Below, piece by piece: positions 1-7,456 of a stretch of DNA of 64,000 bases. Below the pieces are notes generated by a model, which saw nothing but the letters and a program-made list of their open reading frames with translations, did not search any database and was not told the DNA's origin. Made by a program: the position numbers and the translations under genes. Source of the DNA: a virus (Duplodnaviria > Heunggongvirae > Uroviricota > Caudoviricetes); the IMG/VR virus record IMGVR_UViG_3300042900_000713, positions 39,886 through 103,885 of that record. The stretch is one strand, 5' to 3'. The first letter of the stretch is position 1. The number at the start of each line of letters is the position of its first letter.

Positions 1-34
1 TCGGAATTGTCCTGAATAGTAATTGCCATGATGA

Positions 35-166
35 TCAGATAAGGTGAGCAGGGGAACCGCAGGAACGATAGAAGTCTACCATGCGCAGAGCATCATCTAG
101 AGTGGAGAATGTTTGTGTTCTCCACTCGCAAGCATTGTACGGAGTTTGGTAACGGATTGAAAACAT
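35..166 (-). CDS. hypothetical small protein (43 aa)
   Basis: ATG at 164-166, TGA at 35-37, ATGA-overlap with next minus gene; no recognizable promoter. Confidence 0.25.
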   Translation of the reverse strand: MFSIRYQTPYNACEWRTQTFSTLDDALRMVDFYRSCGSPAHLI

Positions 167-189
167 GATCGTTTTAGAGAGTGTAAAGA

Positions 190-237
190 ATGGGGGAGGG
201 ATTCTCCCCCTTGTGCCAGTTGCTAGATTGTCACCCG
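190..237 (-). promoter_or_regulatory. cassette E1 (box + GGGGGAG hairpin; no clear -10)
   Basis: gggggagggattctccccc + ttgtgccagttgctagattgtcac. Confidence 0.5.
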
Positions 238-488
238 ATCAGGGCAGCGGCGAGACGATCGCGCTTGCGGATGTTAACAATTGACCACTGATTGCGCTTG
301 CCATTACTAGAACGGGTCGCGGTGAGAATACCATCATCTTCCATGTCTACCATTACGGCATGGATTGTACCTTTGTGACGCTTCGGATCCATACCCATAA
401 TGCGCACGAGATCGCTACATGTTTGCGGTCCCTGTTGAATGAGAACGCTGCGGACTGCGATGCGGGTCAGAGCGGAGAAGTTGAGCAT
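231..488 (-). CDS. hypothetical protein, 85 aa (possible winged-helix-like)
   Basis: Internal ATG (486-488) lies immediately after cassette E2; the 166-aa track ORF 231..731 reads through the cassette and is probably artefactual. Confidence 0.5.
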   Translation of the reverse strand: MLNFSALTRIAVRSVLIQQGPQTCSDLVRIMGMDPKRHKGTIHAVMVDMEDDGILTATRSSNGKRNQWSIVNIRKRDRLAAALIG

Positions 489-572
489 CGGTCGGTGTCG
501 GTGTTGACTCTTTAATCCTAGTCGGTCAGGAGGGGGACCCGTGAGTCCCCCGAACCAGTTGTCAGACTGTCC
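489..572 (-). promoter_or_regulatory. PeSL-like cassette E2 (subfamily A)
   Basis: ttgactctttaatcctagtcggtcagg + GGGGGA…TCCCCC hairpin + box ccagttgtcagactgtcc. Confidence 0.6.
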
Positions 573-750
573 CGGCAGCGGGGATCCGTTTCTCAACTTC
601 TCGAGAATTGCGACCGGCGCCAGTGGCAGCATAAAATCGGGTTTTTGCGCCACCGACGCGGGAGCATACGAGTTCGCTACGCTTTGGTTTCGCAGTGGGC
701 AGGATGGTGACGGTGAAAGTCTGACCGTCAATGATCTCGATGGTGTTCAT
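562..750 (-). CDS. hypothetical protein 62 aa; C-terminal ~15 aa encoded by cassette E2
   Basis: ATG after E3 leader; stop inside E2 box (…GTV*). Confidence 0.3.
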   Translation of the reverse strand: MNTIEIIDGQTFTVTILPTAKPKRSELVCSRVGGAKTRFYAATGAGRNSREVEKRIPAAGTV

Positions 751-837
751 TGGTCTCGTGTGCGGTGTTGACTCTTTAATCCTAGTCGGTCAGGAGGGGG
801 GAACCGTGTCCCCCTTGTGCCGGTTGCTAGATTGTCA
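751..837 (-). promoter_or_regulatory. PeSL-like cassette E3 (subfamily A)
   Basis: Near-identical to E4 over ~85 bp including the first codon of the downstream gene. Confidence 0.65.
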
Positions 838-1089
838 CAGCATCTCGATCAGATGCATCATCGTGGTGATCTGAACCGGGGTCTGCCAGATGATGACATC
901 TTCCAACATATTGCCATTCGGGCGCATTACACCAACCTCGAAAGTGTCGTGCTGAATGTCACCTTTGAGTCCAGAATCCTTCGGACCCGCAACTACACTA
1001 ATGGTCCAATAGTTCCGGAAAGTGTACTCTGCGCGAGTGCCACCTTTGACTACACTGTGATCGAAGAAGTTCAGATCGGAGAAGTTCAT
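835..1089 (-). CDS. hypothetical protein 84 aa
   Basis: ATG follows E4 leader; stop in E3 box. Confidence 0.5.
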   Translation of the reverse strand: MNFSDLNFFDHSVVKGGTRAEYTFRNYWTISVVAGPKDSGLKGDIQHDTFEVGVMRPNGNMLEDVIIWQTPVQITTMMHLIEML

Positions 1090-1175
1090 TGGTCTCGTGT
1101 GCGGTGTTGACTCTTTAATCCTAGTCGGTCAGGAGGGGGAACCGTGTCCCCCTTGTGCCGGTTCTTCAAGTGTCT
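1090..1175 (-). promoter_or_regulatory. PeSL-like cassette E4 (subfamily A)
   Basis: ggtctcgtgtgcggtgttgactctttaatcctagtcggtcaggagggggaaccgtgtcccccttgtgccggttcttcaagtgtc. Confidence 0.65.
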
Positions 1176-1366
1176 TGGAGTTTTATTTGGGCATTATTCC
1201 AACGGCATACCGCACGATGTTTTGTGCCACAATCTTTGGTTGATGTGTGGTTATTATCACAAATCACCTTCCACATATCACGAAAATCCCAATCTTCAAT
1301 ACATTTTGCTTTTGCACCACATCTTGCACAAGGGGTAATGGGTGGAGTTTTAATTTTCTGTGCCAT
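1166..1366 (-). CDS. Cys-rich small protein 66 aa
   Basis: ATG follows E5 TATAAT promoter; stop TGA in E4 box. Confidence 0.5.
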   Translation of the reverse strand: MAQKIKTPPITPCARCGAKAKCIEDWDFRDMWKVICDNNHTSTKDCGTKHRAVCRWNNAQIKLQDT

Positions 1367-1446
1367 CAGTTCTCTGTGTGTATGAAACTATTATAAGGCA
1401 TCCAGAGGCATCCAGAGCACCCCTTGTGCCACTGATCAGACTGTCA
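1367..1446 (-). promoter_or_regulatory. cassette E5 (box + TATAAT -10)
   Basis: Minus: CTGATCAGTGGCACAAGG…GCCTTATAATAGTTTCATACACACAGAG…ATG. Confidence 0.6.
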
Positions 1447-1762
1447 CAAGGTATTGCCAGTTCTGATAGGTTTGCTTTACATCATCAGAGAATCTTACCA
1501 GTTCAGGATAACCTTCGCAGCGAATCCAAAGATAACAAATGATGCATAAGTCTTTAACTTGTGCATATGTTTTTTGAATAAGATCTTTACCACCATTCTT
1601 ATACCATTGTGCAATCTTTGTGCAAATGAAGGAAACAACAGCAACAGAAACAGCAACAAAAACAATACAAACATTGATCAGATTGTAAAAGTGTTTTTTG
1701 TACTCGATCTTTGAAAGTACACTGATCAGATCGTCAACGGGAGGAAAAGATGCGGTAAACAT
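1436..1762 (-). CDS. small membrane protein (~108 aa, one TM)
   Basis: Internal ATG at 1760-1762 preceded by E6 and GGGAtgtgtcTCCCC hairpin; hydrophobic stretch VCIVFVAVSVAVVSFI. Confidence 0.5.
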   Translation of the reverse strand: MFTASFPPVDDLISVLSKIEYKKHFYNLINVCIVFVAVSVAVVSFICTKIAQWYKNGGKDLIQKTYAQVKDLCIICYLWIRCEGYPELVRFSDDVKQTYQNWQYLVTV

Positions 1763-1860
1763 TGTTTTCTGATGAGGGGGGAGACACATCCCTCACAAGA
1801 TTTAAGATAACAGAAAATCAGGGGTCGTGGCGATCTTATGTGCCAGTTGTCAGACTGTCC
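1763..1860 (-). promoter_or_regulatory. cassette E6 (box + leader hairpin)
   Basis: atgtgccagttgtcagactgtcc box; GAGGGATGTGTCTCCCCCCTC hairpin before ATG. Confidence 0.5.
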
Positions 1861-1985
1861 ACCTTGGTGACCTTATGGGTCTGATGATGCTGTAGGATAA
1901 GGGGACAATCAGCAAAGACAGCAGAGGGGTATCTGCTTGATCAATCCATCGCCACTGAAGCACCTCTCAAATAGTAAGATAAAAA

Positions 1986-2014
1986 GTATAAAAAAAGGAG
2001 GCATGATTGCCTCC
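1986..2014 (-). terminator. rho-independent terminator (minus strand)
   Basis: Minus: GGAGGCAATCATGCCTCC + TTTTTTTATAC, downstream of 2031..2225. Confidence 0.7.
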
Positions 2015-2030
2015 AAGTTGATGTAATGAA

Positions 2031-2225
2031 TTAGTTGCCTCCTTCGAATAGAATTGCATCAGATTCTTTCAGATCTTCGAGGGTCATTGTACCTGCAGAA
2101 TCACCCTCAAAATCTGAAGTCTGGCACTCAACAACTTCTAAACCAGCGTCTTCGATTTGATCAATCGATGAACCTCGTATCCAGCAATAGCGACCGGCAG
2201 CATCAGCGCAGAGGAAAACTTCCAT
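2031..2225 (-). CDS. hypothetical protein 64 aa
   Basis: ATG (MEVFLC) directly after E7 leader CAAAGACACACCC; intrinsic terminator downstream. Confidence 0.5.
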   Translation of the reverse strand: MEVFLCADAAGRYCWIRGSSIDQIEDAGLEVVECQTSDFEGDSAGTMTLEDLKESDAILFEGGN

Positions 2226-2316
2226 GGTGGTTGGGTGTGTCTTTGGTTGACTCTTTAATCCTAGTCGGTCCAAAGGGGGAACCGAGTCCCCCTTGTGCCA
2301 GTTGTCAGAGTGTCAC
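2226..2316 (-). promoter_or_regulatory. PeSL-like cassette E7 (subfamily A)
   Basis: ttgactctttaatcctagtcggtccaaagggggaaccgagtcccccttgtgccagttgtcagagtgtcac. Confidence 0.65.
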
Positions 2317-2622
2317 AGCAGAATCAAACTCTTCAATCTTACCATCATAAGCAATAAACCAAGTGTGATTTTTCTGATAGACAGATTCATCACCCTTACC
2401 ATTCTCCCGAAGGAGAGCATTAAGGCGAGACTTAGTTGTTTTAGTCTTCCAACCGCAATGATGAATAGTAATGAAACCTTCACCAATCTCGGCAATCTTA
2501 TGACCGTGAAGGTAAACTCGGGAAACTTCGTTACCCTCTTCATACTCAACACGAGTATTATCAAGGGACCAATCCTTACGGTTAAGGATTGCTGCGTTCA
2601 TCAGGGTTTCGATCTTACGCAT
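2305..2622 (-). CDS. hypothetical protein 105 aa
   Basis: ATG after E8 leader; stop in E7 box. Confidence 0.55.
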   Translation of the reverse strand: MRKIETLMNAAILNRKDWSLDNTRVEYEEGNEVSRVYLHGHKIAEIGEGFITIHHCGWKTKTTKSRLNALLRENGKGDESVYQKNHTWFIAYDGKIEEFDSAVTL

Positions 2623-2708
2623 GGTTTGAAGTGGTTTGGTTGACTCTGTAATCTTAAGGGGTCCGAAGGGGGAACCGTGTCCCCCTTGTGCCAGTTGTCA
2701 GAGTGTCA
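2623..2708 (-). promoter_or_regulatory. PeSL-like cassette E8 (A variant, -10 TAAGAT)
   Basis: ttgactctgtaatcttaagg + gggggaaccgtgtccccc + box. Confidence 0.6.
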
Positions 2709-2942
2709 CGCTGCCACTAGTTCAGTCGTGGGGATGAGCATACGCTCAGCAACCCAACGGCGGTAGGTTTGACCAATCGAACCGGTAGGACTTTCAAGGT
2801 AGTTAACAATCACGTCCTCACTTTCAGTGACGAAAGTGTAAACATTATTCAGATTGCCCTGAAAAGTGATGCTAACTTCTTGACCTTCGACATCAACAGA
2901 AGCGATGCAGGAAGATTGTTGCTCAGTAAAAGTGAAGTTCAT
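2706..2942 (-). CDS. hypothetical protein 78 aa
   Basis: ORF ends in E8 box. Confidence 0.5.
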   Translation of the reverse strand: MNFTFTEQQSSCIASVDVEGQEVSITFQGNLNNVYTFVTESEDVIVNYLESPTGSIGQTYRRWVAERMLIPTTELVAA

Positions 2943-3007
2943 GATAATAATAAAAAAAAGGGTTTGTTTGAGGCAGTTTTACATCTTACCTCAGGATGCT
3001 TATAAGG

Positions 3008-3160
3008 TTAGTCTTTATACAGATTATGAATCTTAGAGCGAATGGTGAACACTTGCTCTGGATCATAATCCTCATTATCCAAAGCATGACCAATGAAGTT
3101 GTAAATCATATCCCACTCATCTTCAGTAAAGAACTCTTTAATGGTGTCAGTGGTAGTCAT
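3008..3160 (-). CDS. hypothetical protein 50 aa (MTTTDT… N-terminus duplicated in 3275..3427)
   Basis: ATG after E9 leader CAAAGGCAAACCA; not in ORF track (<60 aa). Confidence 0.4.
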   Translation of the reverse strand: MTTTDTIKEFFTEDEWDMIYNFIGHALDNEDYDPEQVFTIRSKIHNLYKD

Positions 3161-3243
3161 TGGTTTGCCTTTGGTTGACTTACTTAAGATAACAGATCTT
3201 CAGGGTCTTGTGTGAGATCTCGTGCCACTTTGGAAACTGGCAC
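3161..3243 (-). promoter_or_regulatory. PeSL-like cassette E9 (subfamily B; palindromic box GTGCCA-N10-TGGCAC)
   Basis: ggttgacttacttaagata…cgtgccactttggaaactggcac; duplicate of E10. Confidence 0.6.
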
Positions 3244-3274
3244 ATCTCGACGAGATTGTAGTCTCGACTAGATT

Positions 3275-3427
3275 TTACATGCCCAGTAGTTTGTAATTAA
3301 GTTCGGATACTTCACCAACATCTAAACCAGTAATTTCCTGAACCTCATAAGAACTAAGTTGATTAAAGATCATGAGAAGTGCCGCAATCTCGCGGGCAGT
3401 GAATTGATTGGTGTCAGTGGTAGTCAT
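3275..3427 (-). CDS. hypothetical protein 50 aa (MTTTDT…)
   Basis: ATG after E10 leader; E10 is a duplicate of E9 including the first six codons. Confidence 0.4.
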   Translation of the reverse strand: MTTTDTNQFTAREIAALLMIFNQLSSYEVQEITGLDVGEVSELNYKLLGM

Positions 3428-3504
3428 TGGTTTGCCTTTGGTTGACTTACTTAAGATACAGGATTTTCAGGGTCCTGTGTGAGATCGTGTGCCACTTTGG
3501 AAAC
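3428..3504 (-). promoter_or_regulatory. PeSL-like cassette E10 (subfamily B)
   Basis: ~80-bp duplicate of E9 including MTTTDT codons. Confidence 0.6.
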
Positions 3505-3636
3505 TGGCACACGTAGGTTCATTGGTGAGTTAAAAAATCTACGGAATGCAGTAACAATAATGATACCCGTAGAAACTACACCAATCAAACCCAAAAAAGT
3601 AACCGTATCACCAGTGAAGTTGTAAGTTTCAATCAT
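3451..3636 (-). CDS. small membrane protein; C-terminal part read from cassette E10
   Basis: Hydrophobic N-terminal 40 aa; ORF continues through E10. Confidence 0.35.
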   Translation of the reverse strand: MIETYNFTGDTVTFLGLIGVVSTGIIIVTAFRRFFNSPMNLRVPVSKVAHDLTQDPENPVS

Positions 3637-3791
3637 CAGAAATCATGCCCAGAGTTAAGTGATTCGTTGAATGAAGCATCATCGTATCCATCTTCATCAT
3701 CATCACGAAGATAAGGATCATTCTCAAGTTGCTCCACAAGATCAAAACGAGATAGTTCCTCGATTTGATACCTTTGAGTGTAAGGATCCAT
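3636..3791 (-). CDS. acidic small protein ~51 aa
   Basis: ATG (MDPYTQ) after E11 TATGAT promoter/leader. Confidence 0.45.
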   Translation of the reverse strand: MDPYTQRYQIEELSRFDLVEQLENDPYLRDDDEDGYDDASFNESLNSGHDF

Positions 3792-3876
3792 TTGTTGTCT
3801 TTGGTGTGACTTGTTTATCATAGCAGCAGTTTAGAGACTTGCCTAGGTCTGTTGTGCCAGTTCTTATTCTGTCACA
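3792..3876 (-). promoter_or_regulatory. cassette E11 (subfamily D, -10 TATGAT)
   Basis: ttatcatagcagcagtttagagacttgcctaggtctgttgtgccagttcttattctgtcac; ~60 bp near-identical to E20. Confidence 0.6.
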
Positions 3877-4103
3877 ACCTCATAATCATAATCACTTACA
3901 CACCACCCAGAATCATCAGATAGTTTATCTGTCAATGCTTCAACAATGAAGTCAACAAAGTATTCTGGGTCTTCATCAATCTCAACCGTGAAGATCTTAT
4001 TCTCATAAGATTCTTCAACATCAATCATGTAGTTTTCATCTACATCATTGTCACCAGAAAAATCAAACTGAACATTGTTAACTTTAACCTGAACTTCAAT
4101 CAT
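3864..4103 (-). CDS. hypothetical acidic protein 79 aa
   Basis: ATG after E12 leader; stop in E11 box (…VVTE*). Confidence 0.55.
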   Translation of the reverse strand: MIEVQVKVNNVQFDFSGDNDVDENYMIDVEESYENKIFTVEIDEDPEYFVDFIVEALTDKLSDDSGWCVSDYDYEVVTE

Positions 4104-4186
4104 GATGTTTGAGGTGGTTGACTTGTTAATCTTAAGGGATCAGAGGGGGATCTCATGTCCCCCTTGTGCCAGTTGTCAGACCGTCA
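4104..4186 (-). promoter_or_regulatory. PeSL-like cassette E12 (hairpin GGGGGAtctcatgTCCCCC)
   Basis: Compensatory loop change relative to E3/E4 hairpin; -10 TAAGAT; box at fixed 31 bp. Confidence 0.6.
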
Positions 4187-4354
4187 CATCATACTTCATA
4201 AAACTTATAGTGGCGAATCTCTGACTGATAGAATGCTTCATCTTCAGAATCATTACAGAACCCGAGAAGATAGTTGCAAAGTTCGACCCGATGATTGCAA
4301 ACATCTTGCAGAATCTCAGGATTGCGTTGAAAGCAGTTGTTGAAATCGCGAATC
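4187..4354 (-). CDS. Cys-rich small protein 55 aa
   Basis: ATG after E13 leader CAAAGACACCCAAC; stop next to E12 box. Confidence 0.4.
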
Positions 4355-4440
4355 ATGTTGGGTGTCTTTGGTTGACTTGTTTAGTATAAGGCACCCAGAG
4401 CGGATCTTGGGTGCCTGTCTGTGCCAGTTGTCAGACCGTC
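4355..4440 (-). promoter_or_regulatory. PeSL-like cassette E13 (subfamily C, -10 TATACT)
   Basis: Hairpin ggcacccagagcggatcttgggtgcc + box gtgccagttgtcagaccgtcac. Confidence 0.6.
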
Positions 4441-4642
4441 ACATCAGGTCTTCATACTCACCAGAATCCATCGCATCTTCCAGTGCAGTCACCAGACCGT
4501 CGAAGTCTTCAGATGAAGGTAGGATACCAGTGAGAATGTTGACCAGATCACCATACTCTTCGCGGAGTTCGTCCAGATACTCTTTGCGATCAGCGTAACC
4601 GTTATCAGTGTAGACGGACATGAGTGGTTCGGTGTTGAACAA
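4439..4642 (-). CDS. acidic small protein 67 aa (alternative start MSVYT at ~4619)
   Basis: Degenerate cassette upstream; stop in E13 box. Confidence 0.45.
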   Translation of the reverse strand: MFNTEPLMSVYTDNGYADRKEYLDELREEYGDLVNILTGILPSSEDFDGLVTALEDAMDSGEYEDLM

Positions 4643-4712
4643 ATGTAATGTAGCAGCAATTCTCCACCAACACCAGAGTCCTGTGCCACTTCAGGAACCG
4701 TCTGAGAGGTGC
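4643..4712 (-). promoter_or_regulatory. degenerate cassette (box variant gtgccacttcaggaaccgtctga)
   Basis: Box-like sequence upstream of 4439..4642. Confidence 0.35.
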
Positions 4713-4896
4713 CCACAAGGACCTACAGCACCCTTGTAATAGTATTGTATACTCAAAGTACACAAACAAAAAAATAGATCAGGAACCACCCTGATCTACA
4801 TTATACTCAAACACCTACAAATACTTTAATTATAATTTACTCTACTCATTGGGTAACTTTTCTTATAGTGAGGCAAACCCATTCCTCATATTTAAT

Positions 4897-5064
4897 TTAA
4901 GCAGAAACCTCCATCCATTCAATATCATTACGGTAGACAATCATTGGTGATCCGTAATCATCAACCTCATCAACGGCAAAATTAACTGCATGATGTTCTG
5001 ATGTAAAGAACTCCAGATCATCAGGATTAGATTTAGGAGCAACTGACCAGGAAACGAATGCCAT
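4897..5064 (-). CDS. hypothetical protein 55 aa
   Basis: Internal ATG (MAFVSW) after E14 leader CAAACAAACGTC. Confidence 0.4.
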   Translation of the reverse strand: MAFVSWSVAPKSNPDDLEFFTSEHHAVNFAVDEVDDYGSPMIVYRNDIEWMEVSA

Positions 5065-5144
5065 GACGTTTGTTTGGTTGACTTGTTTAGTATAAGGCAC
5101 CCAGAGCGGATCTTAGGTGCCTCGTGTGCCAGTTCTCAAACTGG
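5065..5144 (-). promoter_or_regulatory. PeSL-like cassette E14 (subfamily C)
   Basis: ggttgacttgtttagtataaggcacccagagcggatcttaggtgcc + box. Confidence 0.6.
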
Positions 5145-5315
5145 TCTGCTGTTCTTTGCTGCATGAATCAATTCTTCTTCTGACAGAATGTCAATGTAAC
5201 CATTCGGATAAACACTGCAGAAGTGATCCAGTGCATCATCTGCTTCATCATAAGAAGCATAAACCGCCAGAGTCTCATATGCATCTGGAGTGATCTCAAC
5301 GATGTAGTGTTCCAT
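5136..5315 (-). CDS. acidic small protein 59 aa
   Basis: ATG after E15 leader CAAAGGACACCTCTC; stop in E14 box. Confidence 0.45.
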   Translation of the reverse strand: MEHYIVEITPDAYETLAVYASYDEADDALDHFCSVYPNGYIDILSEEELIHAAKNSRPV

Positions 5316-5400
5316 GAGAGGTGTCCTTTGGTTGACTCTGTAATCATAAGGTACCTACAGGGTCTTCTAGGTGCCTCTTGTGCCAGTTCTTAAAGTGTCC
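5316..5400 (-). promoter_or_regulatory. PeSL-like cassette E15 (hairpin ggtacctacagggtcttctaggtgcc, -10 TATGAT)
   Basis: Different hairpin sequence, same architecture and spacing. Confidence 0.6.
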
Positions 5401-5735
5401 AATTCTTATTTCCAAACACCAAAATATGACTCCTATGTGATAAGATTAAAATACAAAATCTTATCAGGAATCGTCCTGTTATTTTTTATTTCTTACACTT
5501 CTCATCCTAACCGATCTGTTAGAGACTTATAATATGATGTTTCACTGTTTGATTTATTATGTCCTGTTTTATTACGCCGGAGACAGGATATTATGACCAA
5601 CTCCCTCTTTTTATAATGATCAATAACACATAATGTATCATAAGATCATTTGGTTCTTTTAAGATTGTTACCTCTTAGTGCCGTAGCAAGAGTTCAATTG
5701 CTTATCAGAATTAATGTTCTTATGTATCTATTTAG

Positions 5736-5879
5736 TCACATAAACTCTTCAATGAAGTAATCAACTGTAATATCATGAATCTTACAGAATTCTTCTACAT
5801 CATCAGGTAGTTTCTCTAAGATCTCTGATGCTGTAAACTTAACATAGAGATCATAGAATTGGGTTTCATCAAACGCCAT
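5736..5879 (-). CDS. acidic small protein 47 aa
   Basis: ATG preceded by TTGACA-18-TAGACT sigma70-like promoter. Confidence 0.35.
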   Translation of the reverse strand: MAFDETQFYDLYVKFTASEILEKLPDDVEEFCKIHDITVDYFIEEFM

Positions 5880-5980
5880 AAGTGTTTCTGAAGGGGTTTA
5901 GAGGAACTTAAAGATCTTATAGAATACAATTATTCTCAACCGGGACAAACCTAGTCTAGCAGTAACCTGATGGTCTTGTC

Positions 5981-6013
5981 AAGCCTTATGTTAATATTAC
6001 GTAACATAAGGCT
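5981..6013. other. perfect 12-bp-stem hairpin AGCCTTATGTTA-N8-TAACATAAGGCT
   Basis: Lies between genes 6027..6305 and 5736..5879, overlapping the TTGACA -35. Confidence 0.6.
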
Positions 6014-6026
6014 CTTATGCTATCTC

Positions 6027-6305
6027 TTACCCCATCACCAACTCAGGAGACTTAGTAATCCTATGACTAAACATAGCAGTGCATTCAATACTGTAAGGAT
6101 AAGACTGAGAGTTAAACTCTTGAATCACCTCCCAAGTCTCATGTACACACTTAATGATCACTGCACCATCCATTTCAGGATCTTGAAGGTGTGCATTATA
6201 AAAATTACAAGCATATCCAATGGAAGAAGAACAAGAATGTTGATTGAAGAAACCATGCTCGTTGTTCCCAAAACCAATCACCTTATAAAGCGTTTGAGTA
6301 GTCAT
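6027..6305 (-). CDS. hypothetical protein 92 aa
   Basis: ATG after E16 leader CCAAGGACACCCG; the opposite-strand ORF 5970..6347 is a shadow. Confidence 0.5.
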   Translation of the reverse strand: MTTQTLYKVIGFGNNEHGFFNQHSCSSSIGYACNFYNAHLQDPEMDGAVIIKCVHETWEVIQEFNSQSYPYSIECTAMFSHRITKSPELVMG

Positions 6306-6377
6306 CGGGTGTCCTTGGGTTACCTGAGTATCTTACACGCCTTCTAGGGTCTTACAGGCATCTCTCAGACGGTTCTT
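6306..6377 (-). promoter_or_regulatory. cassette E16 (box variant, -10 TAAGAT)
   Basis: cagacggttcttaaagtggcac. Confidence 0.45.
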
Positions 6378-6511
6378 AAAGTGGCACAGCAACTCACCAT
6401 AAGGACTGTCTTATGTCTTATGATGTATTCACAACCAAACGAGGTCTGATGTAGGACCAGATGTAAATGATCGTCACTGAACCTACCAAAAAATAATAAG
6501 AATTAAAACAT

Positions 6512-6538
6512 AAAAAAAGGGTTCCTTATAAGGAACCC
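6512..6538 (-). terminator. rho-independent terminator (minus strand)
   Basis: GGGTTCCttataaGGAACCC + TTTTTTT, downstream of 6546..7058. Confidence 0.7.
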
Positions 6539-6545
6539 TGATGTA

Positions 6546-7058
6546 TCACCAGTTAGATTGGAAGTAATAATCGTTCTCTTCACAATAATCATGACGTAGA
6601 GAACAATTCCACGTTGCTTCATAATCTATGCACAACCAGGAAGGAATATTTTCACCACTAAACTCAAAAACTCTTTGCACTACAAAATCCTCCACACTAT
6701 TGAAATAACCTTCATAAACGTCCTCAAAATGCTTTAGATCATCTAGACTGTAGAGTGAAATAAAGGCATCCACAGCAGCAGGATCGTGATCATCCCGCAG
6801 TTCTTTATACTTTTCAAAGTATTCTAGGTCATTAATGCTATGTTCTTCGATAAAATCGTAGAGATCACTCTTTGAAGCATCTGTATTCTCAAGAACCTCA
6901 AGAATTACCTCAAGGTTCTTAGCATATTCTTCACCAAAGTAATCATAAACAGACAGAACTTCCTCAAGATCCCGACCATCTTCCACAAGATTGTCGATGA
7001 TCTCAACAATCTCAGAAGGAAGAGTTTCCTTATAGTTGGCGGTGAGAGTGATAGACAT
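6546..7058 (-). CDS. acidic protein ~170 aa
   Basis: Internal ATG (MSITLT) after E17; intrinsic terminator downstream at 6512-6538. Confidence 0.55.
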   Translation of the reverse strand: MSITLTANYKETLPSEIVEIIDNLVEDGRDLEEVLSVYDYFGEEYAKNLEVILEVLENTDASKSDLYDFIEEHSINDLEYFEKYKELRDDHDPAAVDAFISLYSLDDLKHFEDVYEGYFNSVEDFVVQRVFEFSGENIPSWLCIDYEATWNCSLRHDYCEENDYYFQSNW

Positions 7059-7166
7059 TGAAGTTGGTTGGTAGTGTGGTCGGTTGGTTGCCCTTCCGAT
7101 GCACTTACTATACGGCATCAGAAGGGCGGTCTTATGGGATTTTAGACCAGTTTGCGAGGTGTCACA
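7059..7166 (-). promoter_or_regulatory. cassette E17 (box + -10 TATAGT)
   Basis: ccagtttgcgaggtgtcac box; GATGCcgtatagtaagtGCATC. Confidence 0.5.
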
Positions 7167-7362
7167 TTGCCAGAATAAGATTTGCGACACGCTCTTCTCC
7201 AGGAAGTTCCTCCAAACGATTTGAAACCTCCTCAAACTGTTGCATGATGTTTAGATAATATGCAGAGAGATGTGGATTCTCTTCATATACAGACTGTTCC
7301 TTATCACACAATACACTTATAATGTCTAGAAGTTCACCAGATGTCAGGGAGATGGAAGTCAT
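7162..7362 (-). CDS. hypothetical protein 66 aa
   Basis: ATG after E18 (TTGACA in hairpin loop, -10 TATATT). Confidence 0.5.
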   Translation of the reverse strand: MTSISLTSGELLDIISVLCDKEQSVYEENPHLSAYYLNIMQQFEEVSNRLEELPGEERVANLILAM

Positions 7363-7456
7363 GAGATTTCAGTGGTGTGTAACAAATGTAATATAAGGGT
7401 TCTATGGGGGATCTGTCAACCCCCAGAACCATTAGCAATCCTTATGTGTCAGACAC
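7363..7456 (-). promoter_or_regulatory. cassette E18 (hairpin GGGGGttgacagaTCCCCC with TTGACA in loop; -10 TATATT)
   Basis: TTGACA-18-TATATT on the minus strand. Confidence 0.55.

Noticed and set aside
231-731. 166-aa ORF as a single gene
   Set aside because: It reads straight through cassette E2 (box + hairpin + leader). An in-frame ATG at 486-488 sits exactly where other cassettes place the downstream start, and the upstream third is better explained by ORF 562..750.
751-837. GGGGG-stem hairpins as rho-independent terminators
   Set aside because: On the transcribed (minus) strand they are not followed by a U-tract, so they are more likely RNA-stability or processing hairpins or DNA-level elements. 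True terminators with T6 occur elsewhere (E36, E37, E39, E40).
2054-2643. Plus-strand ORFs 2054..2350 and 2293..2643
   Set aside because: They span cassette E7 and lie antisense to well-supported minus genes.
4104-4440. TGGCAC box as a sigma54 -24 element
   Set aside because: No TTGC -12 element at the required spacing (the downstream GC is off by 1-2 nt and inconsistent). A sigma70-like TATAMT -10 is present at fixed distance instead.
4640-5760. tRNA genes in the AT-rich gaps
   Set aside because: No cloverleaf-compatible sequence (T-loop GTTCRANYC with acceptor stem/CCA context) was recognizable by eye. A tRNAscan run is needed to exclude them.
5970-6347. Plus-strand 125-aa ORF
   Set aside because: Antisense to 6027..6305, which has a proper cassette promoter and leader. 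The plus ORF lacks any start context.
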